A DNA stretch of 63,993 nt, the filler included. It is 9 parts of 9 records of this genome, joined end to end, with 100 filler letters (N's around TTAATTAATTAA, not from the genome) between each part and the next. Parts side by side here need not be neighbours in the genome. Positions count along the whole stretch, not along the records: positions 19,194 to 29,482 come from SRR31156797_19132; positions 29,583 to 35,101 come from SRR31156797_19142; 7 more parts are not named here. One strand, given 5' to 3'. Below, in pieces: positions 20,031-29,583 of this stretch. The number at the start of each line of letters is the position of its first letter. The first letter of the stretch is position 1. Below the pieces are notes generated by a model, which saw nothing but the letters and a program-made list of their open reading frames with translations, searched no databases and was not told the DNA's origin. A program made the position numbers and the translations under genes.

Positions 20031-20052
20031 CTATGGGTACAGCTGAATATGC

Positions 20053-20412
20053 CTACCAGTGGCCGTCGGTATTGGCGTCCTCGGCATATTTAAATTTACC
20101 GGCCTTAAAGGCCTCAATGGCCTCCCGGACAGAGCCCTGGGCGTCGTTGGCCACCTTTACCCCGGCAGCATCCAGTGTTTTGAAGGCATTGGGGCCGCAG
20201 AATCCGGTGAGCAGAACCTCGGCGCCCTTGTCGGCAATGCTTGAGGCGGCCTGGATTCCCGCGCCCTTGAAGGCGTTTTTATTGGTTTCATTGTCAATAA
20301 CTTCAAATTCAAGGCTGTCCGTATCCGCAACAATGATGAAGGCGGCCCGGCCGAACCTGGGATCCACCTGGGCATCCAGGTCTTTTCCCGTTGATGTGAT
20401 GGCTAATTTCAT
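20053..20412 (-). CDS. MTH1175/NifB-NifX family protein (Orange protein-like)
   Basis: MKLAITSTG...DPRFGRA...GAGIQAA...TGFCGPNAF. Confidence 0.88.
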   Translation of the reverse strand: MKLAITSTGKDLDAQVDPRFGRAAFIIVADTDSLEFEVIDNETNKNAFKGAGIQAASSIADKGAEVLLTGFCGPNAFKTLDAAGVKVANDAQGSVREAIEAFKAGKFKYAEDANTDGHW

Positions 20413-20432
20413 TGTTTCTATCCTCGGATGAT

Positions 20433-20813
20433 TTATTGAGCGCCGCCGCCGCAGACCTGGTCATTGCGGATTTCCTGAAGCTTGCCTGCAATCAAATCCA
20501 TGACCACCGGTTCAATGTCAGGGCGCTGATCATCGTGGAAGACATCAATTCCCACCTGGCGGAAGCCCATGAGGGGGCGCATGCCGATGCCGCCGACGAT
20601 GAGGGCGTTGACCCGGTTTTCGGCCAGAAGATTAACAGGCACCATGCAGCCGCCCTGTACGTGTTCCTGGTTTGCCAGGGTGGTGACCTTTTCGATCTCT
20701 CCGTCTTTGACATCTACGAAGGTAAATACATCGCAATGTCCGAAATGGCCTGCGCGGGTTCCGTTAAGTCCTCCTTCTCCGTTGGAGGGGATTGCGATTC
20801 TGCCGTTTTCCAT
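20433..20813 (-). CDS. Second NifB/NifX-family protein (Cys/His-rich)
   Basis: RIAIPS...GHFGHC...HVQGGC...GGIGMRP...VCGGG. Confidence 0.85.
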   Translation of the reverse strand: MENGRIAIPSNGEGGLNGTRAGHFGHCDVFTFVDVKDGEIEKVTTLANQEHVQGGCMVPVNLLAENRVNALIVGGIGMRPLMGFRQVGIDVFHDDQRPDIEPVVMDLIAGKLQEIRNDQVCGGGAQ

Positions 20814-20861
20814 AATGATATAAACTCCTTATTTTGGGTGTTGTACCTAAATTTTTGTATG

Positions 20862-21755
20862 TTAACAGAGCCGGTCCAACCGCATGGCCGGATTGTTCAT
20901 GACCCTGGTCCAGATCTCTTTAATTGATTTTCCTGCACTGGAGTCTTCGTGGGTTTCCACAATGGACTTTCCCTGGATCATGGCTTCGGTGAAAGCCGGG
21001 TCAAAGGGGATTCTCCCAACCAGGTCCAGATGTTTCTCCTTGGCAATGGTTTCTATGGCCCGGGCCTGGTCGGGATTTAAATCATATTTATTGATGCAGA
21101 CCATGGCGTGGATTTTAAAATGGGCAGCCAGATCCGCCACCCGTTCCATATCGTGGATACCGGATACCGTGGGCTCGGTTACGATGAGAACTGCATTGGC
21201 ATGGCCGATGCTGGCAATGACGGGGCATCCGATGCCCGGAGGGCCGTCGGTGAGCAGCAGGTCCAGGTGTTCTTTCATCACCCGTTTTCTTGCCTCATCC
21301 CTGACCAGGGCCACCAGCCTTCCGGAATTTTCTTCGGCAATCCCTAAACGGGCGTGGATCATCTGGCCGAACCGGGTCTGGGACGCAAACCACTGGCCGC
21401 AGGTCTTGGGGGGAAAATCAATGGCCGATTCCGGGCAGAGGTCTACGCAGACCCCGCAGCCTTCGCAGTCAATGGGGTCTATTTTGAAAATATCATTGTC
21501 CGGTGTTACGGCGTCGAATCTGCACAATTCCATGCATTGGCCGCATCCCACACAATCGTCGGGCCTAATAGCCGCTTCATTGCCTCCGACAAAATCATGG
21601 GTTTCCTTTACATTAGGGGCCATGATCAGATGAAGGTCGGCTGCGTCCACATCCGCGTCGCAGAGCATATTGTTTTGGGCCAGGGAGGCAAACGCCGCTG
21701 TGATACTGGTTTTACCGGTGCCGCCCTTTCCGCTTAAAATTACAAGTTCTTTCAT
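20862..21755 (-). CDS. MinD/ParA-like P-loop ATPase with inserted 2x[4Fe-4S] ferredoxin domain (Orp3/Orp4-like)
   Basis: SGKGGTGKTS, CVGCGQC...C, CEGCGVC...CP, DGPPGIGCPV. Confidence 0.9.
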   Translation of the reverse strand: MKELVILSGKGGTGKTSITAAFASLAQNNMLCDADVDAADLHLIMAPNVKETHDFVGGNEAAIRPDDCVGCGQCMELCRFDAVTPDNDIFKIDPIDCEGCGVCVDLCPESAIDFPPKTCGQWFASQTRFGQMIHARLGIAEENSGRLVALVRDEARKRVMKEHLDLLLTDGPPGIGCPVIASIGHANAVLIVTEPTVSGIHDMERVADLAAHFKIHAMVCINKYDLNPDQARAIETIAKEKHLDLVGRIPFDPAFTEAMIQGKSIVETHEDSSAGKSIKEIWTRVMNNPAMRLDRLC

Positions 21756-22618
21756 CAGGCAGCCCTCCCTTCTTCTACCAACTTTTCTATTTTTGTATAG
21801 ATGGCTTTGAAAATGTCCCTGTATTCCGGCAGGGTTTTGACCAGAAGGTCCCCTTTGGAATAGGCCATGGCGATCCGCTTATCAAAGGGGATTTCCATGA
21901 GGATGGGCACATTTTCCCGGGCTGCATAATTTTTCACATCATCATTGCCCATGCCGGCACGGTTGATTACAAGTCCGTGGGGAATTTTCATGAGCTTTAC
22001 CGCTTCAACGGCCAGGGTCAGGTCGTGGAGACCGAAGGGGGTGGGCTCGGTGACCAGGATCACAAAGTCGGCCCCTTTCATGGAGGCGATCACGGGACAG
22101 GAAGTTCCCGGAGGGGCATCAATAATGGTCAGCCCTCCCTCTGGGGCTTCATGGGTGCGGACCTGCTTGATCACAGGGGGGGCCATGACCTGGCCGATGT
22201 CCAGAAGGCCGTGTCCGAAGGTGACCCCCGGGAGGGTGTCAATGGTGCCGGTTTCCACGACGCCGATGGCCCGTGGGACTTCCTTTATGCAGTTTTCCGG
22301 ACAGACAACGGCGCAGCCGCCGCAGGAATGGCAGAGTTCCGGAAAGGTGACCACCTTTTTTCCGGCCACTGCAATGGCGCCGAACCGGCAGATTTCCATA
22401 CATTTTTTACAATAGGTGCACTGGGCTTCATCCACCTGGGGGATGGGGGCGTCCACCAGGTCTCTTTTAGAAAATCCAGGTTTCAAAAACAGATGGGAGT
22501 TGGGCTCTTCCACATCACAGTCGAGAAGGGTGAGGTCCGTATCCAGGGCCGCGCAGAGATTCGTGGCAACCGTGGTTTTGCCCGTACCGCCTTTACCGCT
22601 GGCTATACTGATTATCAT
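21755..22618 (-). CDS. MinD/ParA-like P-loop ATPase with ferredoxin domain (Orp3/Orp4-like)
   Basis: SGKGGTGKTT, DCDVEEPN, CTYCKKC, CHSCGGC, DAPPGTSCP, EPTPFGLHDL. Confidence 0.9.
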   Translation of the reverse strand: MIISIASGKGGTGKTTVATNLCAALDTDLTLLDCDVEEPNSHLFLKPGFSKRDLVDAPIPQVDEAQCTYCKKCMEICRFGAIAVAGKKVVTFPELCHSCGGCAVVCPENCIKEVPRAIGVVETGTIDTLPGVTFGHGLLDIGQVMAPPVIKQVRTHEAPEGGLTIIDAPPGTSCPVIASMKGADFVILVTEPTPFGLHDLTLAVEAVKLMKIPHGLVINRAGMGNDDVKNYAARENVPILMEIPFDKRIAMAYSKGDLLVKTLPEYRDIFKAIYTKIEKLVEEGRAA

Positions 22619-22652
22619 GGGGCTGTTCTCCTTGGCAAAGATCTCATCAGCA

Positions 22653-23033
22653 TTAAAGTGCCCCGATTTTTTTTAAGGTGGTCTCAAGTGCCTGGGCATC
22701 GGCCGCAGTGGGTGCGGGGGAAAGCTGCATAAGCACCCCGTATCCTTCATAGGTATCGTGAAAGTCTTTTTTATCCATGGTACCGGCCACAACACTATTG
22801 GTCATGGGGCTTTGGGGAACGAATTCCTTGATCAGGGATACGGCGTCCGTATCCGGCAGGGTTTCTTCTATGACTACAAGATCAATCCATTCTCCTTCAG
22901 GGATATTCGAAAGCAGGGATAAAAGATCTTTACCGGTTCCGCTCCACTCAACATGCCGATTGTTCCGGGTCAGCATCCGCTCAAGTTCTGCAAATTGATC
23001 TTTTTCCCTGCTTACGAATACAACTGTTTTCAT
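22653..23033 (-). CDS. Stand-alone degenerate receiver-like domain protein
   Basis: REC-like pattern, with DLVVIEE where the phospho-Asp is expected; GGAG upstream of ATG 23033. Confidence 0.6.
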   Translation of the reverse strand: MKTVVFVSREKDQFAELERMLTRNNRHVEWSGTGKDLLSLLSNIPEGEWIDLVVIEETLPDTDAVSLIKEFVPQSPMTNSVVAGTMDKKDFHDTYEGYGVLMQLSPAPTAADAQALETTLKKIGAL

Positions 23034-23109
23034 TCTGATGAATCTCCGCATCATTATTGTGTCGTTTTTTTAAAATCCGGGTTGCTCCGGCTTTCGGGGA
23101 TACAAGTAG

Positions 23110-23125
23110 AGCAAGGCCTGTGCCA
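23110..23125 (-). promoter_or_regulatory. Sigma-54 promoter of the orp-like operon
   Basis: Minus strand TGGCACAGGCCTTGCT (GG-N10-GC). Confidence 0.85.
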
Positions 23126-23342
23126 TGGCGGAAGGAAATGAAAATAAAATTATAAGTATTCGAAAATAAAAACGATATTGGTATGGGCCCTTTGCCGGTG
23201 ATTCAGGGGGATGACCAAGGGAAATGCAAAAAAGCGACCAGGTATCGCAATTGCATTTGAATGGGTGCAATCCTGAGACTTTACCGGTCGCTTGATTTGA
23301 GGGACAGGGTATGGGATGATGAATTATTAAACCTAAGGACAG

Positions 23343-24731
23343 GTGACCATGTCGTATAAGAATCTGGATCTGATGGATCCAAAGGCCTTTGAGATCATTC
23401 TCGACAGTATCTCCGACGGGGTTTTTACCGTTGACCACCAATGGCGGATCATGACCTTTAACCGGGCGGCCGAAGCCATTACCGGCATTCCCCGGGCCCA
23501 GGCTGTCGGCAGGCCCTGCCATTCCGTATTCCGTTCCAATATGTGCCCGGAAAACTGCGCGTTGAAAAAGACCATGAAAGAGGGCCGCCCCTTTACCGTC
23601 CCCTCTGCCTATATCATCAGCGGGGATCAGAAAAAGATTCCCATCAGTCTGTCCACCTCCCTGCTCAGGGACAAGGAGGGGCAGGTGGTGGGCGGGGTGG
23701 AAATCTTCAGGGACCACAGCCAGATTGAAGCCTTGAGAAAGCATATTTATGAAGGATACCGCATGGGGGATATCATTGCCAACAGTGCGGCCATGGTCAA
23801 GATTTTCCAGCTTCTGCCCCAGATTTCCCGGAGCGAAAGCACGGTGCTCATCCACGGGGAGACCGGCACGGGTAAGGGGCTCATAGCCCGGGCCATCCAT
23901 AATCTAAGCGACCGCAGACAGGGCCCCTACTGGGCTATCAACTGCGGGGCCCTGCCCGATACCCTTCTGGAATCGGAACTCTTCGGGTATAAGGCCGGTG
24001 CCTTCACCAATGCGGTTAAGGATAAGCCCGGGTACTTTGCCCTGGCCCACAAGGGGACCATCCTTTTGGATGAAATAGGGGATACCTCCCCCGCCTTTCA
24101 GGTGAGGCTTCTCAAGGTCCTTGAAACCTCTGAGTTCCAGCCTTTGGGGGGCATACAAAAGGAACGATCCGATGTGAGGATCGTCGCCGCCACCAACAAG
24201 GACCTTTCCCGGCTCATCCAGGATGAAAAATTCAGGCAGGATCTTTTCTACCGGATTAATATAGTGGAGATCCATCTTCCGCCCCTTCGGCGGCGGATGG
24301 AAGACCTGCCTCTGCTGACGGATCATTTTATCGACAAGCTCAACCGGATCCGGGGCAAAGCCGTTGCAGGGATCAGCCGTGAAGCCCTGTCCGTCCTCAT
24401 GACCCATGATTTTCCGGGCAATGTAAGGGAATTGGAGAATATCATTGAACATGCCTTTGTCCTCTGTGACCAGGGGGAGATCCGGCCCCGGCACCTGCCG
24501 GCCCACCTGGTCCGCCATTCCCGGAAAGCTTTGGATCTTCTGGCATCAAAAGATCCCCTTAAGGCAGCTGAAACCGAGGTGATTCTGGCGGTGCTCCAGA
24601 AAAATCATTATGACCGCCAGGCCGCTGCCCGGGACCTGGGCATCCACAAGACCACCTTGTTCCGGAAAATAGAAAGGCTGGGTATCATTCTCCCTAAAAT
24701 CGACGGCCGCCACCGCCGGAAGCATTCCTGA
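23343..24731 (+). CDS. PAS-AAA+-HTH sigma-54 activator, OrpR-like
   Basis: PAS with C-X8-C-X3-C (CHSVFRSNMCPENC), GETGTGKG, GAFTNA, PGNVRELEN; divergent from the orp-like genes. Confidence 0.88.
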   Translation: MTMSYKNLDLMDPKAFEIILDSISDGVFTVDHQWRIMTFNRAAEAITGIPRAQAVGRPCHSVFRSNMCPENCALKKTMKEGRPFTVPSAYIISGDQKKIPISLSTSLLRDKEGQVVGGVEIFRDHSQIEALRKHIYEGYRMGDIIANSAAMVKIFQLLPQISRSESTVLIHGETGTGKGLIARAIHNLSDRRQGPYWAINCGALPDTLLESELFGYKAGAFTNAVKDKPGYFALAHKGTILLDEIGDTSPAFQVRLLKVLETSEFQPLGGIQKERSDVRIVAATNKDLSRLIQDEKFRQDLFYRINIVEIHLPPLRRRMEDLPLLTDHFIDKLNRIRGKAVAGISREALSVLMTHDFPGNVRELENIIEHAFVLCDQGEIRPRHLPAHLVRHSRKALDLLASKDPLKAAETEVILAVLQKNHYDRQAAARDLGIHKTTLFRKIERLGIILPKIDGRHRRKHS

Positions 24732-24754
24732 CCCCGCCGCCGTTGAGGTCGTTC

Positions 24755-24770
24755 TGGCATAATCTTTGCT
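24755..24770 (+). promoter_or_regulatory. Sigma-54 promoter of mrp
   Basis: TGGCATAATCTTTGCT, 47 nt upstream of ATG 24818. Confidence 0.82.
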
Positions 24771-24817
24771 ATGGCAATCCTTGGGATGGTGGTAAAAAGA
24801 TTTTTAAGGAGACAGAT

Positions 24818-25657
24818 ATGACGCCAAAAACCAAGGGGATAATGGGTAAAATGCCCAAAGAGGATCCCAATGCCCTGGTCAAAGAGACATTAAAGCATAT
24901 CACCCATAAATTTATGGTCATGAGTGGAAAAGGCGGGGTGGGAAAATCCAGCGTATCCGTTAACCTGGCCACGGCTCTGGCCACCATGGGCCATCGGGTG
25001 GGGCTGATGGATGTGGATATCCACGGGCCGGACATCCCGAGAATGCTCGGCATTAAAGGGGAGCTGAAGGTGAATGATGCTCGGAAGATCACCCCGGCCC
25101 AATACTCCCCCATCCTTTCGGTGGTTTCCATCGAATCCCTGATGGCGGACAAGGATGCGGCCATTATCTGGCGGGGACCGGCCAAACATGCGGCCATCCG
25201 CCAGTTTGTGGGGGATGTGGAGTGGGGAGACCTGGATTATCTCATCATTGACGCCCCTCCGGGCACAGGAGACGAGCCCCTCACCGTTGCCCAGCTCATC
25301 AAGGATGCCAAGGCCATAATCGTCACCACCCCCCAGGAGGTGGCCCTGGCCGATGTGAGAAAATCCATCCGGTTCTGCCGCCAGGTTAAGATGGATATCT
25401 TCGGACTGGTGGAGAATATGAGCGGATATACCTGCCCCTCCTGCGGCCAGGTCCTGGATATCTTCGGCAGCGGAGGGGGGGAGCGGACCGCCAGGGACCA
25501 GGGAATCCCCTTTTTGGGTAAAATTCCCCTGGACCCCGCCCTGGTGGCCTTTGGCGACTCGGGTCGCTCCATCCAGGTAGAGGTGCCTTCCTCCCCTGTC
25601 ACCCGGGCATTCCGGTCCCTGGCCAAACAGGTGGACAAACGGTCTGAGAAAGACTGA
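24818..25657 (+). CDS. Mrp/NBP35 Fe-S carrier ATPase
   Basis: SGKGGVGKSS, IWRGP, DAPPGTGD, TTPQ, ENMS, CPSC; RBS AAGGAG before ATG 24818. Confidence 0.93.
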   Translation: MTPKTKGIMGKMPKEDPNALVKETLKHITHKFMVMSGKGGVGKSSVSVNLATALATMGHRVGLMDVDIHGPDIPRMLGIKGELKVNDARKITPAQYSPILSVVSIESLMADKDAAIIWRGPAKHAAIRQFVGDVEWGDLDYLIIDAPPGTGDEPLTVAQLIKDAKAIIVTTPQEVALADVRKSIRFCRQVKMDIFGLVENMSGYTCPSCGQVLDIFGSGGGERTARDQGIPFLGKIPLDPALVAFGDSGRSIQVEVPSSPVTRAFRSLAKQVDKRSEKD

Positions 25658-25665
25658 TTTTAAAG

Positions 25666-25730
25666 CCCTTCGTGCCTTTGGTGCGCTTTTCAGTGAAACT
25701 GAATTGTCAAGAAACCAAGGGCACGAAGGG
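25666..25730. repeat. 17-bp inverted repeat after mrp
   Basis: CCCTTCGTGCCTTTGGT ... ACCAAGGGCACGAAGGG, 16/17 complementary. Confidence 0.6.
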
Positions 25731-25862
25731 GGGTATCTTAGCTGAATTGCAAATTTATAGTGTTGCAATTTTGCAAACCTATAAATTCCTTTGAGGCGCT
25801 TTTCTGCCTGCCTTTTCCCCCCTGCCGGGAGCCTGGGCGCTGCCGACCCCAAAAAAATAACC

Positions 25863-25878
25863 TGGCACAATGTTTGCT
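25863..25878 (+). promoter_or_regulatory. Sigma-54 promoter of the kinase-hdrA unit
   Basis: TGGCACAATGTTTGCT (GG-N10-GC); palindrome GTTGCAATTTTGCAAAC at 25762-25778 upstream. Confidence 0.82.
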
Positions 25879-25908
25879 CCGTATTAAAGATAAACCAAGG
25901 AGGTTCCC

Positions 25909-27558
25909 ATGCCCCAAGCCCTTGATTTATCGCCAGGTACTGATGCAGGTGCCGGCTGGAAAATCCTGCTCATAGACGATGAGCAGGACATCAGGGATGT
26001 CATGCTCCTGAGTCTTACCGACGCGGGGTATGAGGTTCTCTGTGCCGAAGACGGTATCCAGGGACTGGCACTTTTGGCCGCCCATTCCCCCCAGGTCCTT
26101 ATCACCGATATAAAAATGCCGGGTATCTCCGGCCTTGAGGTCCTTAAAAGAGCCAAGGCCCTCCATCCTGAAACCGAAGTCATCGTCACCACAGGGTTTG
26201 CAGACATTGAAAAGGCCACCATCGCCCTTCAGCAGGATGCCTCTGATTTTATCACCAAGCCCGTGGACGACGGACGGCTCCATTTGGCCCTGGACCGGGC
26301 CCTGAAGCGATTTCGGGATAAAAAAGCCCTTGCCGATTATACCCGCCTCCTTGAAAAAGAGAATCTGAAAACTTCTGCCGAACTCATCCAGAACGTTAAT
26401 TACCAGGGCCGGCTCATAGAGAGTTCCATGGACGGTATCCTGGGCTGCGACGGCAATGATAAGGTCATCACTTACAATAAGGCCATGGAAACCCTTTTAG
26501 GATACCCCAGGCACGAGGTCATCCATATTAAGGGGCTGAAGGATTTTTTTGATTCCAATGAGTTCATGGCCTTAAAGCAAAACCTGGTCCGCCGGGGCTA
26601 CGGGGGAAAGGACAGGCTGTTTCTCTATGACACCTTTATGAAGGGGCGGGACAGGGGCCGTCTGCCGGTTCAGGTGTCAGGCTCCCTGGTCATCCAGGAG
26701 GACCAGAGTCGGGGCCTGGTCCTTTTTATCAGGGATCTTCAGAAAATCCGGGAATTGGAACAGGCCATCCAGGGCCAGGAAAAAATTCTCCACCGGGAAA
26801 AAATGATGTCCCTGGGGCGGCTGGCCGCCAGCATTGTTCATGAGATCAACAATCCTTTGTCGGGCATTTTGAATTATATCCGGCTGATGATCCGGCTGAC
26901 GGACCAGGGGCGTATATCTTTGGAATACCAGGACCGGTTCATGGAATACCTTAGGGTGGTGGAACGGGAGACAGGCCGGTGTGCCAATCTCGTGTCCGGG
27001 CTGCTGAAATTTTCCCGGAAGGCCCCTCCGGCCTTTGCTCCGGTGGATGTGTCAGAACTTGTCCGGTACAGCCTCATGCTCTGCAACCATAAGCTGGAAT
27101 TGAGCAATATAAAAGTGACAACCTCCTGCAGTCCGGATCTCCCCAAGATTCACGGGGACTTTAACCAGCTTCAGCAATGTTTGATCAACCTGGTTTTCAA
27201 TGCGGCCGCTGCCATAGCCGGTGTTCAAGAGGACCCTGAGGCCCCCTCCGGCCATGTCTGGGTGGAGGCCCGGGCAGAACCTAGGTCCGGGCTGGTAATC
27301 CTCAGGGTACGGGATGACGGCAAGGGGATATCGCCCCTGGATCTGCCCTTTATATTTGAACCCTTTTTTACCACCAAACAGGAAGGGTGCGGGGTGGGCC
27401 TGGGACTGTCCACGGCTTACGGTATCCTGGAACGGCATAAAGGAACCATTCATGTGGAGAGCACACCGGGAAAGGGGACCTGCTTTACCATCAGGCTTCC
27501 GGTCCCGGATCTGTCGCAGGTGTCAAACGAGAATTCAAGGGAGGCGAACCATGGCTGA
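25909..27558 (+). CDS. Cytoplasmic REC-PAS-histidine kinase
   Basis: REC (IDDE, TDIKMP), PAS, H-box VHEINNPL, FFTTK...GLGL. Confidence 0.92.
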   Translation: MPQALDLSPGTDAGAGWKILLIDDEQDIRDVMLLSLTDAGYEVLCAEDGIQGLALLAAHSPQVLITDIKMPGISGLEVLKRAKALHPETEVIVTTGFADIEKATIALQQDASDFITKPVDDGRLHLALDRALKRFRDKKALADYTRLLEKENLKTSAELIQNVNYQGRLIESSMDGILGCDGNDKVITYNKAMETLLGYPRHEVIHIKGLKDFFDSNEFMALKQNLVRRGYGGKDRLFLYDTFMKGRDRGRLPVQVSGSLVIQEDQSRGLVLFIRDLQKIRELEQAIQGQEKILHREKMMSLGRLAASIVHEINNPLSGILNYIRLMIRLTDQGRISLEYQDRFMEYLRVVERETGRCANLVSGLLKFSRKAPPAFAPVDVSELVRYSLMLCNHKLELSNIKVTTSCSPDLPKIHGDFNQLQQCLINLVFNAAAAIAGVQEDPEAPSGHVWVEARAEPRSGLVILRVRDDGKGISPLDLPFIFEPFFTTKQEGCGVGLGLSTAYGILERHKGTIHVESTPGKGTCFTIRLPVPDLSQVSNENSREANHG

Positions 27559-29482
27559 GGGATTACGGATAGGGGTTTATATCTGCCATTGCGGGGTAAA
27601 TATTGCAGGGATGGTTGATGTGGAGGCTGTCCGGGACTATACCCTCACCCTTGACCAGGTGGCTGTGGCCAGGGATTATAAATTTATGTGTTCCGAACCG
27701 GGCCAGGCCATGATTGAAGCCGATATAAATGATCTGGGCCTCAACCGGGTGGTGGTGGCCTCCTGCTCTCCCAGGCTCCACGGAAATACCTTTATGGATG
27801 TCTGCCGCAGGTCGGGACTTAACCCCTATTATTTTCAGATGGCATCGGTCCGTGAGCAGGTCTCCTGGGTGACCCGGGACAAAACCTGCGCCACTGCCAA
27901 GGCCAAGTATCTGGTGACGGCGGCCGTCCACCGGGTGAAGTTTCATACCCCCCTCATTGCGGGGATGTCAAAAGTTCACCCGGAGATGGCCGTGATCGGC
28001 GGGGGCATCGCCGGGATGCAGGCTGCCATTGATATGGGCAATGCAGGCTACCATGTTTATCTCATCGAAAAGGATACCACCATCGGCGGCCACATGCTCC
28101 AGTTTGACAAAACCTTTCCCACCCTGGACTGCGCTGCCTGTATCGGCACCCCAAAGATGGTGGAGGTGGCCCAGAATCCCAACATCGAGTTGCTTTCTTA
28201 TTCACAGGTAACACAGGTGTCGGGCTTTGTGGGAAATTTCACCCTGGATATCCTCAGGTTCCCCAGGTATGTGGACGAGTCCCTTTGCACGGGCTGCGGG
28301 GAGTGCGCCAAGGTCTGTCCTGTTTCCATTCCAAACGCCTGGGACATGGGCATGGCCGACCGGAAGGCCATTGGCCGGTCCTTTCCCCAGGCCATCCCCA
28401 TTACCTATAATATTGAAAAGGCAGACCGGGCTCCCTGTGTCGGGGCCTGTCCCGCCGGCATCAACGTCCAGGGCTATATCCAACTCATCGGGCAGAAAAA
28501 ATACGACAAAGCCCTTGAATTGATAATGGAAAGGGCGCCCCTGCCCGGGGTTCTGGGACGGGTCTGCCCCCATCCCTGCGAAGGGGTCTGCCGGCGCCAT
28601 GACAAGGACAGCCCTTTGGCCATCCGTCAGCTCAAGCGATTTGCCGCCGATACGGCAGGGCCTTTGCCTGTTCGAAATATTGAGGATAGGGATGAAAAGG
28701 TCGCCGTCATAGGGGCGGGTCCGGCAGGCCTTAGTGCGGCGTATTATCTCCGCCTTTATGGATATGGGGTCACCCTTTTTGATTCAGCCCGAAAGCCCGG
28801 CGGCATGCTCAGGACCGGGATTCCCGATTACAGGCTTCCCCCGGATATCCTGGACGAGGAGATCGGCCATATTCTGGCCCATGGGGTTGAGTTTGTTCCC
28901 AACACCCGGCTGGGCAGGGATATTGATCTTGACACCCTGATGTCCAAGGAATTTAAGGCTGTTTTCCTGGGCCTGGGTGCCCAGGCACCCCTTCGGCTCA
29001 ATATAGAAGGTGAAGAGAGGCTTGAGGGGGCCATGGATGCCTTGGGTTTTCTGGCGGATGTCAATTTGGGAGAAGAGACCCTCTGCCGAAAAAACGTGGT
29101 GGTGGTGGGCGGGGGGAATGTGGCCCTTGATGCGGCCCGGTGCGCCCGGCGCATACCCGGATGCACCGTGACCCTGGTCTACAGGCGGACCCAAAATGAG
29201 ATGCCGGCCTATGCGGATGAGATTGCCCATGCCCTGGAAGAGGGGATCGGCTTTGAATGCCTTACCAATCCGGTGAAATTGGAAGAAAAAGAGGGCCGGG
29301 TCTCGGGTCTGGTCTGTTCGAAAAATGAGCTGGGAATTCTTGACGATTCAGGACGTCCCCGGCCCGTGGAGATTCCCGGAAGCGAGTTTACCCTGGCCTG
29401 CGATACCTTTATCTCGGCCATCGGCCAATACCCTGATGTTGACGGCCTGGACGGCAGGGGGCTGGACATTGATTCTAAAAAT
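27551..29482 (+). CDS. HdrA/HdrL-like heterodisulfide reductase flavoprotein with an inserted GltD-like NAD(P)H module (truncated)
   Basis: GVYICHCG, ASCSPRLH, GGGIAG, KTFPTLDCAAC, CTGCGEC; then APCVGACP...GRVCPHPCEGVCRR, GAGPAG, GGGNVALD, YRR. Confidence 0.88.
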
Positions 29483-29582
29483 NNNNNNNNNNNNNNNNNN
29501 NNNNNNNNNNNNNNNNNNNNNNNNNNTTAATTAATTAANNNNNNNNNNNNNNNNNNNNNNNNNNNNNNNNNNNNNNNNNNNN
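29483..29582. other. Artificial contig spacer
   Basis: N-run with TTAATTAATTAA. Confidence 0.99.
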
Positions 29583-29583
29583 C

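Noticed and set aside
27314-27550. N-terminal extension of the HdrA-like ORF
   Set aside because: Overlaps the kinase CDS. The HdrA motif starts at ATG 27551, preceded by GGAGG.
27551-29482. Selenocysteine in the HdrA-like protein
   Set aside because: No in-frame TGA in the visible part; Cys codons occupy the motif positions.
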